DNA from: the human T2T-CHM13v2.0 reference genome, Homo sapiens
Assembly (NCBI RefSeq): GCF_009914755.1
Contig: NC_060937.1
Strand: one strand, 5' to 3'
Length of the DNA stretch: 64,000 nt
How positions within the stretch are numbered: position 1 is the first letter of the stretch; each line of letters begins with the position of its first letter. This document shows, in pieces, positions 41,698-54,195 of the stretch. The position numbers and the translations under genes were made by a program. The notes beneath the pieces are model-generated. The model saw only the letters and a program-made list of their open reading frames with translations, did no database searches and was not told the DNA's origin.

Positions 41698-41789
41698 AAC
41701 TTACTGTAGACTTGGGTTCTTTGACAACCAATGGCTTATACTAATTTGTCTTAGAATTTATAGCACAACAAAATGAGAATATGTTAAAA

Positions 41790-42155
41790 CTCTTTTCTTG
41801 GTCTGCTAAGAAACTTGACAAAATACTGTGGACTAGGTGGCTTAAAAAACAGAAATTTAATTCTCACAGCTCTAGAGGCTGGGAAGTCCAATATCAAGGT
41901 GTCAGCCAATCTGGTTTCTGGTAAAGTTTCCCTTCCTACCTTGCATATGCAGCTGTCTTTTCCCTATGTCTTCATATGGCCTTTCCTCTGATTGTGGGTA
42001 TGAAGAGAGAGCTCTGGTCTCTCTTCTTCTTCTTATAGGGACTTTAATTCTATCAGTTCATGGCTCTACCCTTATAACCTCATTTAACCTTAATTACTGC
42101 AATAAAGGCCCTATCTCCAAATAGTCACACTGGGGGTCAAGACTTCAACATATCA
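41790..42155 (-). mobile_element. MLT1A-like MaLR LTR
   Basis: 'gactaggtggcttaaaaaacagaaatttaattctcacagctctagaggctgggaagtccaatatcaaggtg', 'cctcatttaaccttaattac', 'gtcacactgggggtcaagacttcaacata'. Confidence 0.85.
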
Positions 42156-42799
42156 TTCTACAAGGTAGTAATAGTAGGCCTTAATCCTCAATCCATAGTA
42201 GCTCTATATGCTGATAACTATTATAATATTGATGATGATGATGATGACAGTGATGATAATGATAATGTTGCCCACTCACTAACAGAGGGACATCTTCCTA
42301 GAAAGTGTCATTCAGCTATGTTATCTGTTAGACAAAGACTCATTAATCATTTTCCCTCTCAATCTGTTGATGTAAGCATTGTTAATCATCCTTCTCTGAT
42401 CTTAGTTTCTCTCTTCCTATTCTACTTAAACCCTATAAAGGTAAAACATTTAATGACCTAATTACCAGTTAAAAGAGAAAAAGAGAAGGTGTGAACAGGA
42501 AAGATACATATGTATAATCTCTCATTTTCCTCTTGAGAACTGAGACTGAGAGGAATAACTTCTCCAAGGCCAAATTCACAACACCCCTTCCCCCAAAGTG
42601 ACACCCTTCTTACCAACTTCATCTTCCTAATAAGGTGATCAGATATTTTATAGAACTTGTTCCTGGCCTCTCTGAAATGCTGATTGCATTTACTTTGGCA
42701 TATTTGTAAGTAAAGTTTCTTTGGTAACATTCATGTATGAACTTCATTTTCTTTTATGCTCTAAGTCGCATGACTCAAGTAGACGGTGTACCATGTAAT

Positions 42800-42962
42800 C
42801 TCTATGCCAAATACCTGGGATACAGGTTACAAATACAGATTCCTGAACTCCATAGCAAATCTACTTGATTAGACTATCAGGAGGTGACATCCACATATCT
42901 ATACATTTTTTTTTAACAATAGAGTCCTTAGGTGATTTTTATTTACACTGAAATTTGAGACA
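42800..42962. mobile_element. MER5-like hAT-Charlie fossil
   Basis: 'aaatacagattcctgaactcc...ctacttgattaga', 'aggtgatttttatttacactgaaatttgaga'. Confidence 0.65.
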
Positions 42963-43210
42963 CAGCAAACGCAGAAGGAAAAAAGAGAAGAAGAGAAATA
43001 GTAAGAAATTACTTGAGAAGCTTGTTTCTTTTCATTAACAGCACTAAATACTCTAATTATTGATGTAATCTGAACATTAGAGATAAGAATATAAATTATA
43101 ATTTTAAAATCTGTAGAATTATTTTCTCCAGTATAGTACAGAAATAGTCAAAAACAACAAATGGTGGTTATAAAAAAAGTTAGTTTACCAGTCAAAATCT
43201 GAATAGTAGC

Positions 43211-43243
<33 letters not shown>
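43211..43243. repeat. (AAT)n microsatellite
   Basis: Direct reading. Confidence 0.9.
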
Positions 43244-43245
<2 letters not shown>

Positions 43246-43756
43246 TAAAATATACCAGTTAAGTAGTAGCTGATTCTAAGAGGATCTAAAGAGTGCTAAA
43301 ATGACTAGGAATCTTTCTGGTCTCCATTCCTTACTCTCAGCTACTTCACTCTTTCCAAATTTCAGATCTCAGTGTTTCCTTCTTTTCACACTCTCCTGCC
43401 CCAAAGCTTCTGGAGTCCCATCCATTTCCTTTCTCAGACCTCCAGCAATGCCTTTGATCTGGAGGAGTCTCCATACCTGTCATTCATCAAATGAATGTGA
43501 GTTCCTAATCAATTGCACTAGGGATATATATTTTTAGCCTTTCAACTAGGAACTGTGTTTTCTCAAGGAAACATTGTTGTAGAAGGTGGTTCCAAAAGTG
43601 CTATTGGTGTTCTTTTTCCAGTGTAGTTTCACTATGAGATAAATGGGCTTAGAGGGGCTGGTTTAGGACACTACCTGCTGTGTTTATATAGAAAATTTCC
43701 AAAAGACTCACTTACAAATAAACCTTGGGATAATGACTGATTCATAAATCATTTCC

Positions 43757-43885
43757 TTTTTTTTTTTCAGGAGACAGGGTCTTGCTATATCACCCAGACT
43801 GGACTTGAACTCCTGGGCTCAAGCAATCAACATGCCTCAGCATGCTGATTAGCTGGGACTAAAAGCACATGCCACCACACCCAGC
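43757..43885 (-). mobile_element. FLAM (free left Alu monomer)
   Basis: Monomer 'gagacagggtcttgctat...gaactcctgggctcaagcaatc...gccaccacacccagc'; degenerate TSD ATAAATCATTT/ATGAATCATTT. Confidence 0.85.
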
Positions 43886-44149
43886 TATGAATCATTTTTA
43901 ATGGGAATATACATTGAGAAAACTATGAAAATATTTAAATGATGTAAATTGGAGAAAAATATAGCCTCACAAAATATACAAAGAGGAAAATATTATTTTA
44001 CATTTCAATAGCATAGTCAAAGATGTGAGGTAAAGCTTTGAACATGAGATTCAAAAATCAAAGAAGCACTAAAATGTAAAATGCTGTTCTTTTAGCTACT
44101 AGTATTGCTCTTTTGTGAATAATTGAGTATTGTACTGCTTATAATGAGA

Positions 44150-44350
44150 AGTATAGCATAGTGGTTGAAGCTTTGAACTTGAGCAGACATTGGTTCCAAC
44201 ACTGTCTAGTCCACTTGTAGTTGTATGACCTTAGTTTTATTTCTTTAAGCCTTTACTTTTCTTTGTCTGTAAAACAGCAGTATAGTCATGGCTGCTAAAT
44301 GAATATAAAGTCCCTGACCTGACATTTCTTCAATAAATGCTTTCGTTATT
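44150..44350 (+). mobile_element. MIR
   Basis: 'gtatagcatagtggttgaagc', 'tgtatgacctt', 'tctgtaaaa', 'tcaataaatg'. Confidence 0.65.
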
Positions 44351-44405
44351 ATTTTTTATTATAAAATCATCTTTGTACCATTGCTCTCCTAAATGGTTCT
44401 GAATA

Positions 44406-45031
44406 AAGAATCTTCATTATTCATGGATTCTATATTCGTGAATGTATATACTTGCTAAAATTTGTAATGCACAAATCAATATTCACAACATTTTTGCAGT
44501 TATTCACAGACATGTAGAGCTCTGAAAAATTTGAGTCACGGATGCACATGTTCCCAGCTGAGGTTGAACAAGGCAATGCTGTTTCAGCTCTCATATTGTA
44601 ACCAAGTGTCTTTTTTAATGTCTATTTAGTGCCACTTTTTTTTTGTATGTTTTTGCTTTTGTTGGTGATTTTGCCATTTGAAATAGACCCCAAACATGGT
44701 GCTGAAGTGCTGTTTAATGTTCCTAAGCACAAAAACTCTGTGATATGCTTTACAGAGGAAATGTGTTAGATAAGCTTTATTCAGGAACGAGTTATATTGT
44801 TGTTGGCCAGGAGTTCAACGTTAACGAATCAACAGTATGTGTGAAATAAGGTGTCTTTAAACAGAAACGTATATAAAACAAGGGTCTGTATTGATTGATA
44901 TATGGAAATGTAATCAGAGTTTTCCAGGAACCCAAATCTTTATCTCCCCTAGGAGCAGCGTTTCAGAATTCACAAATAAAGTGCTTGAGGTGACTTTATA
45001 GAACATAACTATTGCATATAACAAGACCTGA
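44406..45031 (+). mobile_element. MER82-like Tigger DNA transposon fossil
   Basis: 'tcattattcatggattctatattcgtgaat', 'gaaaaatttgagtcac', 'gttcccagctgaggttgaacaaggc', 'gactttatagaacataact'. Confidence 0.7.
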
Positions 45032-45574
45032 ATGCATTCCTTTCTAAATGGAAATCTAAACACAGAGTTTGAAAATTTAGGTAACACTAAATTCCCCTTT
45101 CTTGTACTTCATAAGTAACGAAGTATGAGGAAATTATAAAAGGTGTAAAAGTGGGTTTGGCATTGTGCTACCAATGCTAATGGGAAGATGACTTGTCTGT
45201 GCCCTTGGATCATGTCCTTGTGATTCTATTGTATTTAACAATAATGTGAATTTGGTCCATGAGAAAGATGTCATTTCTCTCATTCACTACAAAATGATAA
45301 CATAAGATGAGTAATCAGCTCCAACCTTTGCCTTACAACTAGTATTTCAGAAATGAATAATGGATTACGGATTGCTGTGTTGTAATAATGTCTTGATTGA
45401 TTGTTTCCTTAATATGTGCTGAGTGCTGACAAAGTACAAATCTCCCAATCTGCTGTGATGGGACCACTGTTATTAAAGAGTACAATTATGCTTTTGGAGC
45501 CTTCATTCATTTTCTGATTTTGCTAGACTTTTTCTTGAAGAAATATAAACAGCTCTTTAACTGACAAAGTACTG

Positions 45575-45770
45575 AAATAGTGTACATATATTGAGCTATT
45601 ATTCCAGACACTATGTTAAAGAATATATATATATAGCAAACCTCTTAATTATGTGTTATTATTGTCCTTATTATCCCAACTTACTGACAAAAAAGGCTCA
45701 GAGAGTTCAGGAATTTTCACAAAGTGAATGATTGATAAAGCTGGGAAGTCAAACCCTTGGATAATGTACT
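45575..45770 (-). mobile_element. MIR
   Basis: 'tattgagctattattccagacactatg', 'ttatcccaacttactgacaaaaaaggctcagagagtt'. Confidence 0.6.
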
Positions 45771-48519
45771 GGTTTACTGTCTTTTCTGTTCTTTTCACAG
45801 GGAATGATAATTTGTTGGTATTTATATATGAATAAACATAAAAAACTCATATACTATCTACTTGTGTAAAAATGAGACATTTTTATCATGGATAAGATCT
45901 ATTGAAAGGATAAAACCTTAGAAATTCTATAAATGACTTCAAAATAAAATAAAAAGACATGAAATCATGAATCTCAAAAAAATTATGAACATGGTTTACT
46001 AAGTTTTTTTATAGAGAGGTAAATAGAGAAAGGTGGATTACTTGAATACACTATAGGTATAGGTTTTTACTTCAATAAATACTGTTTTATCTTCAGATTT
46101 TCTTTATTCCTTTTACTTTCCATAATAATAAATGATTTACTAACTTCAATAACGCATATAAATAGGAACCTTAAAAAGTGATAGTGTCTTGGTAATTTCT
46201 CACACATTGAGGCAGGTTTGACAGATAATAGATTAGTTTAAACTAAAGTTTTTATTACCATCTTAGAGACTGTAAAAGAAGAGTAAAACACACTGCACAT
46301 CAAGGGGCTATGAGAAAGTTGCAGGTAATCTCTTTTCAACTTATGAAAGCAATGGGAGTTCAAATGCATGTAAGACACTGAGCCTTGCACAATAAATATG
46401 GAACAAAGTAATAATTAGTTTCTCTGATCACTTGAAAATAGGTTATCAACCACAATAAATAACTTATTTTGAAAAAAATAGTTTCTGCCTTGAAAGTATT
46501 TTTAAAAACCTGTAGCAACAATAACAGGAAGTTAATTTTCTCCCAGTGTTTTTTCAGACACAGGATATGTGTTTTTTCTCATTATCCTTCCTCTGAAAAA
46601 TCAAGAGTCCCCATTAAAATTTTTTATAAGAGGTTTATCCACCCTGTCCCTTTGATTAGCACTATTGCCAGAGGCCCACAAATTAGTAGGCGATGTAAGC
46701 CTACCATGGCGTTATAAAAATAAAACTTTTATTGTAAATATGGATTTTCAGTAACCGTCTTAGCATTGATATTAATAATATCTTATGCCAAACGTATGAT
46801 ATTCATCACTTAATCTCATCTATACTTATGTGCTTTCACCAAAATAGCGTTTCTACAATCATATACCCTAATAACCAGGTACAAGTCTTTTTACCTTGAA
46901 AAGGAATGGATTTACCTTGTAGGTGGGGCATACACTATTGAACATTTCTTTTTTCATATAAAAATAAAGTCTTTCTCTTCAAAAACCACATAATTGAGTA
47001 TAAGGAATCTGTCAGTCTCTGTATAATATTCAACATCTTAACCCATCAACCTCTTCACTTTAAAATAATTCTGTATTATTTTAGTCCTTTTAGTTTTTTA
47101 TTTAACTTTCTATTTTTCAAGAATTTAATCACGCCCATTAAATTTCTCTAGCCATGATGCTAAATTCTCTGCATCTATCTTAACTTCTAAGGTCCCTGAA
47201 TGCTAACAATATTTGATAGCAAAGTCTTTGAAGAGGTCAGAGGCTGTTGAGAGAGGTGTGCTTTATTATAAATCCATAATGTATGTTTCACGTTTGAAGT
47301 TCAAAGGACTAATTTACCTTGGAGCAAATAAGCATTATTCCATTGGTACATTTGGTTTACTGAAATCCCTTAGAAAATAAATGAGCAGTCAAGAATTTTG
47401 TTTTCATCTTATTGATTAGCAATAAGTGTGCAAAGGAGTGAGAGTGGAGGAGGTAAGAAAAAAGAATCTGAAGAAACAAGAAAGCAGTCTATGAAAATGT
47501 AGGTGCTCTACCTGTACATTGCAGAAAATTGGTGTGCTAAAAGCAACAATGTCTAGAGGTCACCAGGAAACAAATACAGAACTTTATTCATATTGACCTA
47601 TTGATACCCTAATATAAAGTACATATTTTTCATCAGAAGTTTAAACAAATTCATTCTTTATTTGGGGGCTGTATATTCATATATTTTTTTTCTATGTATA
47701 ATCATCCCATTCCGACTAAATGAGTGATTTCAGACTGGTTAGTATTATTTGACAGGGAAATGAAATGTAGTACACATGAAAGCTTCATAGATCATTTTGT
47801 CCCATAATTATTTCTTACAAAATATGATCCACACACTGAAAGTACAGCACCTTTTCCTCCCAATTCATAGACATACTGATATTATTTGCTTTGTCACAGC
47901 AGTATCCCCAAAGCCTCAAAGCCAGGGACAAAACAAAAAACACGCCCTCAATCATTGAGCTGCTTATCTCCTACCTTGCGCCTAATAACCCAGGAAGCAT
48001 CCCACTATCAAAGTGCTGGGATGACTAGACTCTGTGGAATCTTCCTTTCATCAAATTAGTTAATGTGCCTTTAAAATAGCATCCTTACTAAGATAAATAA
48101 CACAATTAAATTACTAAAGTCACCTCTGCCTCTTCCCAAAGCTTAAACATTGTAAATTTATTCCATTTTTATTTGATTTGTTTTTTCTCTTTTGATTCCT
48201 AGAGATTACATTGTGGAGAGTATGCCATTAAATAACAAGCTCCATAAACCTGATAAAAACAATAGGACAGTTATTTTCAAAAACTTACTTGAGTTTTCGT
48301 TTTGTTTATTTTATCTAGAAATCAGTTTTGATCCTTATAAACTTTGCTTAAATTACGTCATTGTTCTTCTTGTGGTACAGATGAAATGTCCAAATTCGTT
48401 AGATGACATACAAGGTTACAAGTGGCCTGTATTTCTGTCTTTTCAAATCCATCTTGTGCCATGTCCAAACCTAACACCATTGGGCCAGCCACTTTGATTA
48501 CTTACACTTACATTAAGCC

Positions 48520-48900
48520 TAACACTCATTGGCACATAATTTCCCTCTGTGTAGAATTTCCTAGCTTCTCCTTCTTCTTCCTCCCCTTTTATTTCCTGAA
48601 TACTCTTTTATATTTTAAGAATCAGTTCAAATTTTAACATATCTTTGAAGCCTTCTCTGCCCTGCCACCTTCATATCATGGCAACCATGAGACAGAGTTT
48701 GCTAAGTATTTCTGAATATTCCTAGAAATTTCTATTTTATTGATACGAATTTAATAATAAATTAATTGTAATAATTCTCACAAGTTGTAATTATTTGTTT
48801 ACATGTCTGACTCCTTGATTAGGTAACAACTCCTCACACTTCTATTGATATTTGTTTCACAGTGCTTAGAAGAATGTCTGGCTGACAACAGACACTTAAT
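48520..48900 (+). mobile_element. L2 3' fragment
   Basis: 'tttaagaatcagttcaaatttt...gaagccttctctg', 'ttatttgtttacatgtctg', 'cagtgcttagaagaatgtctggc...gacacttaat'. Confidence 0.55.
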
Positions 48901-50099
48901 GCCTCATAAAGCCCCTTCTGTTGTCTCTCCGACTTCCTCTGATATCAATTTTATGATGTCTACAACATCACTACATAGTTTTATTTAATATTTTACAGTA
49001 ATTATTGGTATAAATGAGCTTTGTGAAGTCGACTGTTCAGTGCCCTGAATATCAGCTGCTTGAAAACATCTGAAAACAAAGACATTCATTTACATCTCTG
49101 TCCATGTTACCCTCCTGAACATGTGTGCCTGGTAAGTCCTGATTTTTATAAAGAACAACAAATGGCTGTCATGTTAGTTTACACATTTGAAAGTAGAAAA
49201 TACAAGTGAAACTCTTTCTTCTCCCAATCACTAATTAGACCTTTCTATTTGCGGGACACTCGAGACTCTACTCCACCACTGTTAACATTTTCTTTTTGGT
49301 GTAGTAATAGGTAGTATGATTCATCTTTCCTTTGGTTGGCATTTCCTCATTTTAATTTCTATTAGTGTTTGTATTTGAACAAGAAGGGCCTTTTAAATGC
49401 CAACTCTTAACTAACACTTCAGCTTACATACAGTTCAAGGGTAAAATTTAGGTTAGGTTGATTAATTGTATTTATGCAAAATCTTATAAAAACTATCTAT
49501 GGGTTTTACATTCACTATTTAAATGCTCACAGGAAAAGAAAGTCTGCATGTGTTTTCAGGCACAAAAATCATTTGAGTGCAACTTTAGTGAAGAAACTTC
49601 GTGATTAAACCAGTATATAATACTGTTTCAGGTAAAGTAATATAAAGTAACCAAAGTTAAATGAAGTAATTTCTTCCTGTATCAATATTAACCTGAGTGT
49701 GAAGGCATTTCTAAATGCAAATTTTAAAATTATTTTGAGAAAATACAGTATAAGAGCAATTATATAATCCATGAAGAAGGTACATGCGGAGAATTCATGC
49801 TGGTGTCATTGTCACATAATTACTGATTGCTTTGTAATCCTTTGTTTTTAAGGAAATGCACCCCTACTAATACAAAAGTTAACTTGTTTGTAACTTAAGA
49901 AAGCACAAGCCATTTGAATGAAATGGATTTTCAAATTTTACAAATTTACAGACATCTGCACCCTAGATTTATTATGGCCTGCTGTATTTTTAGGTCGTTA
50001 GTCAGTCTGTTGCACTACAAGGTAGATTGGGTTATAAAGAAGTATATAGGGAATTATGCAGTAGGCCAATCATTCAATGTTATGTAAATGAAATGAGGG

Positions 50100-50900
50100 T
50101 AATAGAGTCAAGGACGCCAGAGCAAACAGTTTATATTTCCAAACAATGCCAGTGTCCACTCCAGTCTAACAAAGCCTGTCCTGAGTGGCGTCTGTTTTTG
50201 GCTAGGGATAAAAAGGAGAATCTTCTCCCTCCTAACCTTCAGCTATGTGAATGAACCCACAGTCCATAAGACCTCACTCTACCTAAAGCTATATAAGCAT
50301 TCGCAGCAGCTTCTGGAAAGATGCCACTTCTGTGCTTTATTGGCTGGGGGAGGGGAGGGGTGGTGGAGGGGAGCTGCTACCCTTGTCCCAAGGTTCAGCT
50401 TGCTGGTGAACATAGCTAACACCAGTTTCCGGTCCCAATTTTACAGGAAGCTAATATAAGGAGGCATTGTGGGAGGCTCCCGTCAGTGCCACAGCACTTG
50501 ATCTGAAAAGACATGGAAAAATTCAAATTCCAAAGCTGTCAGCTTGCAAACTTTCAGCAGAGAGAAAAGCCTCACTTTAAGAATGTAAACAAGGACAGTG
50601 AAGGTCTTGCTATCTAAAGATATCAGCATGCAAGAAGTGCTCTGGCAGCTTGAACACGCTGAGGCAGTGGCAAACCCCAGTGTCCTGTTGTGAGACTGAG
50701 CCTACCTTAGAGACTCATGGCACTGTCTTCTTCCTGCTAAGTACTTTACCTGTGATTGCAATGGCAGATTCTTCAAAAGAGCGAAACAGAGGTCTAACTC
50801 TTTAGAAGCAGCAGCAGTCTCTCTGAAAGAAGCAGTTTGGCATTTCCAGGGGAAAGGTCATTTCTTTACACCTCTGAAGAGGATAGATAACAATAATAGA
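50100..50900. promoter_or_regulatory. Unique block with promoter/enhancer-like motifs
   Basis: TATATAAG (50290-50297), ATTGG/CCAAT (~50339-50343), G-rich CACCC/GC-box tract (50346-50371), SOX CATTGT, FOX TGTAAACA (~50584-50591); no repeat recognised. Confidence 0.35.
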
Positions 50901-53184
50901 AAGAATATCAGGCATGAAAAGCTACATTTTCCTAGACCCCTAAAGGAAATCATGACACAGCTGTGAAGCTGGTACTATGAGCCAATGCACTAATTTATCC
51001 CACTTGAGTGCATTGACTTTCCTCTTCTCTGAACTGGCATCCCAGCTGGGAAAAGAAATGTTTACTGAGACTTGCTGAATTTTATTAACAGGTCTAGTGG
51101 CTCCTTCTAAGTTGCAAAGAAGAGGTACCTCTAGTGTAGGTGAGATATGGGGTGGTGTGAAAATCACCCAAATGTACTTGAAAGATAGTACTCTTGTGAC
51201 CCAAGGAAGGATAATATCGAGTTAAGTGCGGCACTTTCAGTTCATCCAGCATAAATATCAGTGCCAAGGCAATCACATGGAGGGCCCTTGGGATACTGGG
51301 GTGATAAATCAGAACTTGGAAGGAAGCCTCCAAAATTACCCTGATTGCAGTGTCTAAGGAACAACTGATTGAGCCCTCTATTAGAAACTTTTCCCCATCA
51401 GAAAACAGAGAAATATTTTGTCACACATTATCTAAAAGAGCTGCATTGTTACAGACATTCCTATTCAATTATTTATATATCCTCTTTCTGGTAAATCTCA
51501 TCTGATTCTCTCTCCTTTCTAAATGTCACAAGTTTTACTCTCCCACTGGCACTGATGTTAACATTTGAAGGGGGAAAAGGTTGTACTTAAGTTTAATAGA
51601 TTTCATATTTAATAACGTAGTCAATAAAGTCTGTCCACTTAATCAGTCAAAGGCTATTCCACTCTGGACAGTAAATGCCTCCAGTGGGCCATGTTGCTTC
51701 CATTACATACAACTCACCCATTATTTTTAACTCTAAGAAAAATATTTTAATATTTCCATAGCTTTACATGTCTATAAATAAATAAAATGGCACTACTTTC
51801 AGAGAAATGAAATAGTGCCGACATTATACTTCATACACTACCATTAACAAAATCACAGGACAAAGAAAGAAATTCACATCTGTATTGAAGTTGACGGTTT
51901 CAAGCCCTTGTGGAAAAAAAAATATTGTTATACATTTTTATCTCCTCTCTTTTCTCTTGCAATCCCAATTTTATAAAAGAAAGACTGCTGCAAAAGTGAG
52001 AACAAAATGAGAATTCCATAACCTAATTATGGACTTTAACAGTCTCATTTGTTGTTTGTGTCACATTGAACTTGCAGCAATATGCCATCATTAGTCATAG
52101 CAATATTATTCTAAACAGTATTAGCAGCATGGCTCTGTTACCTTTACATTAGCTTTGTAGTCATTTAAATAATATGTTCTCAAACTTCAATTACCAGTGC
52201 CTAACAATCTTTGGAGAAAGGGATGGTGCATGTCCAAGCATTTCTTTTTCTTATCTTGTGAGTGTTCTATTAGCTCAAAACAAAGTGCATGCAAGAAGAA
52301 TCACTGCTGAAACCTTCAAGTCAGCAAAGCATCTACTCGTGGCATATGTCTATAGTGTGTGGGTGTAGGGTTGTAAAGCATGATATGTCTAGCAATTTTC
52401 AGAATCGAGAAATTGAGAAAAATACTGTTTTGTTAACTGAGCACCTATTTCCCTGTTATAGAGGAACAAAAAGATTTACATTCCCTGCATCATTGCTTAT
52501 CACGGACTCCCATATTCTTCTGCTGTGTAGACAGCCTGCACCCCAATGCCTGTTAAATTTAAAACTCCTGCTTTAACTTGATATGGATAGATGTATTTTA
52601 CTTTTGCTAGTTTTATAGTAGTGCAATGAAAATTAGTTGTTTATTCTTTATTAACTCTTTTTAAACTATCTGAAATGTAAACTGCTAAGGAAATGAAGTC
52701 CATTTTTTCCTAATTTACTGAATTTCAGTTGAGGGTCCCCTTCTCAAAAAGAATGACCTATGACTCATCATTGTTGTGTCTATCATTCTCAATTAATAGG
52801 TATGTGCCACTTATTCTGTATATTGTCATTTTAATAAACACCCCAGTAGAAAGAATAGTTATAAGATAGCATAATTTTTTTTAATAACAAAAGAAAAACT
52901 AAATATTGAAAAATGTATTATATATATTTTGGATATTTGGGAAAATAAAAATTTGTGTTTGTTTTTAGCAGTCCATCACAGGTAAGAAATTCTTATCTGT
53001 ATAATATTGCATGTGTCTTAACAGTGGAATGTTTGAAAGTCACATTTTCAAGTACATAACATTCTATTTCTTTAAAAATAGTTGGTAACTTTAAAATATG
53101 TAAATATTTGTACTCAGAGGCGAATTTAAATGTACAATAGGGCTGCAGTAGTGTTAATAAACAAACAAAAGCAAGATACAAATA

Positions 53185-53390
53185 AAAACTGCTTAGATTT
53201 TAACTCTGGATCTGTTCTCTCTGGTAATGAAACTTTTAGAAAGTTGTCTAATCTATCTGGACTTCAGTTTTCTCATCTGTAAAGCAGTGGAAATAATAGT
53301 AACTACCTCAGAATTTGATTGTGAGGATTAATTGAGATAATGCATGGAAAATGCACTTAGTATACTGCCCAGCAAATAATAAATGATCAT
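53185..53390 (+). mobile_element. MIR (MIRb-like)
   Basis: 'cttcagttttctcatctgtaaagcagtggaaataatagtaactacctcag...ttgtgaggattaattgagataatgcatg'. Confidence 0.85.
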
Positions 53391-53485
53391 TAAACAAATC
53401 CCAGAAAATCGATTTATGAGTTTCAGTTGTTTAAATAAAACGTATGATTAAGTATATTTTGAAACTGACTTGGTATAATACCCAT

Positions 53486-53765
53486 TTTTGTTTATTTGTT
53501 TTGTTTTGTTTTTCTGAGATGGAGTCTCACTCTGTCGCCCACCTGGAGTGCAGTGGCAGGATCTAGGCTCACTGCAAGTTCCGCCTCCCGGGTTCACGCC
53601 ATTCTCTTGCCTCAGCCTCCCAAGTAGCTAGGATTACAGGCACCTGCCACCATGCCCAGCTAATTTGTTTGTATTTTTAGTAGAGACGGGGTTTCACCGT
53701 GTTAGCCAGATGGTCTTGATCTCCCGACCTCGTGATCTGCCCAAAGTGATCTGCCTCACAAAGTG
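53486..53765 (-). mobile_element. AluY/Sc-like with a rearranged 5' end
   Basis: 'cccgggttcacgccattctc', 'tttcaccgtgttagccag'; degenerate TSD AATACC(C/A)ATTTTT at 53477-53489 and 53766-53778. Confidence 0.92.
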
Positions 53766-53842
53766 AATACCAATTTTTTTAATGTAACTTTATGAACTGT
53801 GACATGCAAAATTTCTAGGGAAATTTTGGTACTATAAGACAT

Positions 53843-54195
53843 CGTATTGGTCCGTTCTCCTGCTGCTCGTTTATAAATTACCCGAGACAGGGTAATTTAT
53901 AAAGGAAAGAGGTTTAGTTGACTCACAGTTCAGCATGGCTTGGGAAGCCTCAGGAAACTTACAATTATGGTGAAATGGGAAGCAAACACGTTCTTCTTCA
54001 CATGGTGGCAGCAAGGACAAGTGCCGAGTAAAAGGGGGAAAAGCCCCTTATAAAACCATTAGATCTTGTGCGAACTCATTACCTATCACGGAGGTAACTG
54101 CCCCCATAATTCAATTATCCTCCCAGGACACATGGGAATTATGGGAACTACAATTTAAGATGAGATCTGGGTGGGGACACAGCCAGAGCATATCA
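53843..54195 (-). mobile_element. THE1 (THE1C/D) MaLR solo LTR
   Basis: 'ggtaatttataaaggaaagaggtttagttgactcacagttc', 'gcaaacacgttcttcttcacatgg', 'gatgagatctgggtggggacacagcc...atatca'; 5-bp TSD GACAT/GATAT. Confidence 0.92.

Noticed and set aside
52968-52986. TTTTTAG|CAGTCCATCACAG|GTAAGA as a 10- or 13-nt micro-exon
   Set aside because: Not frame-preserving and has no other support; such motif pairs arise by chance in 64 kb
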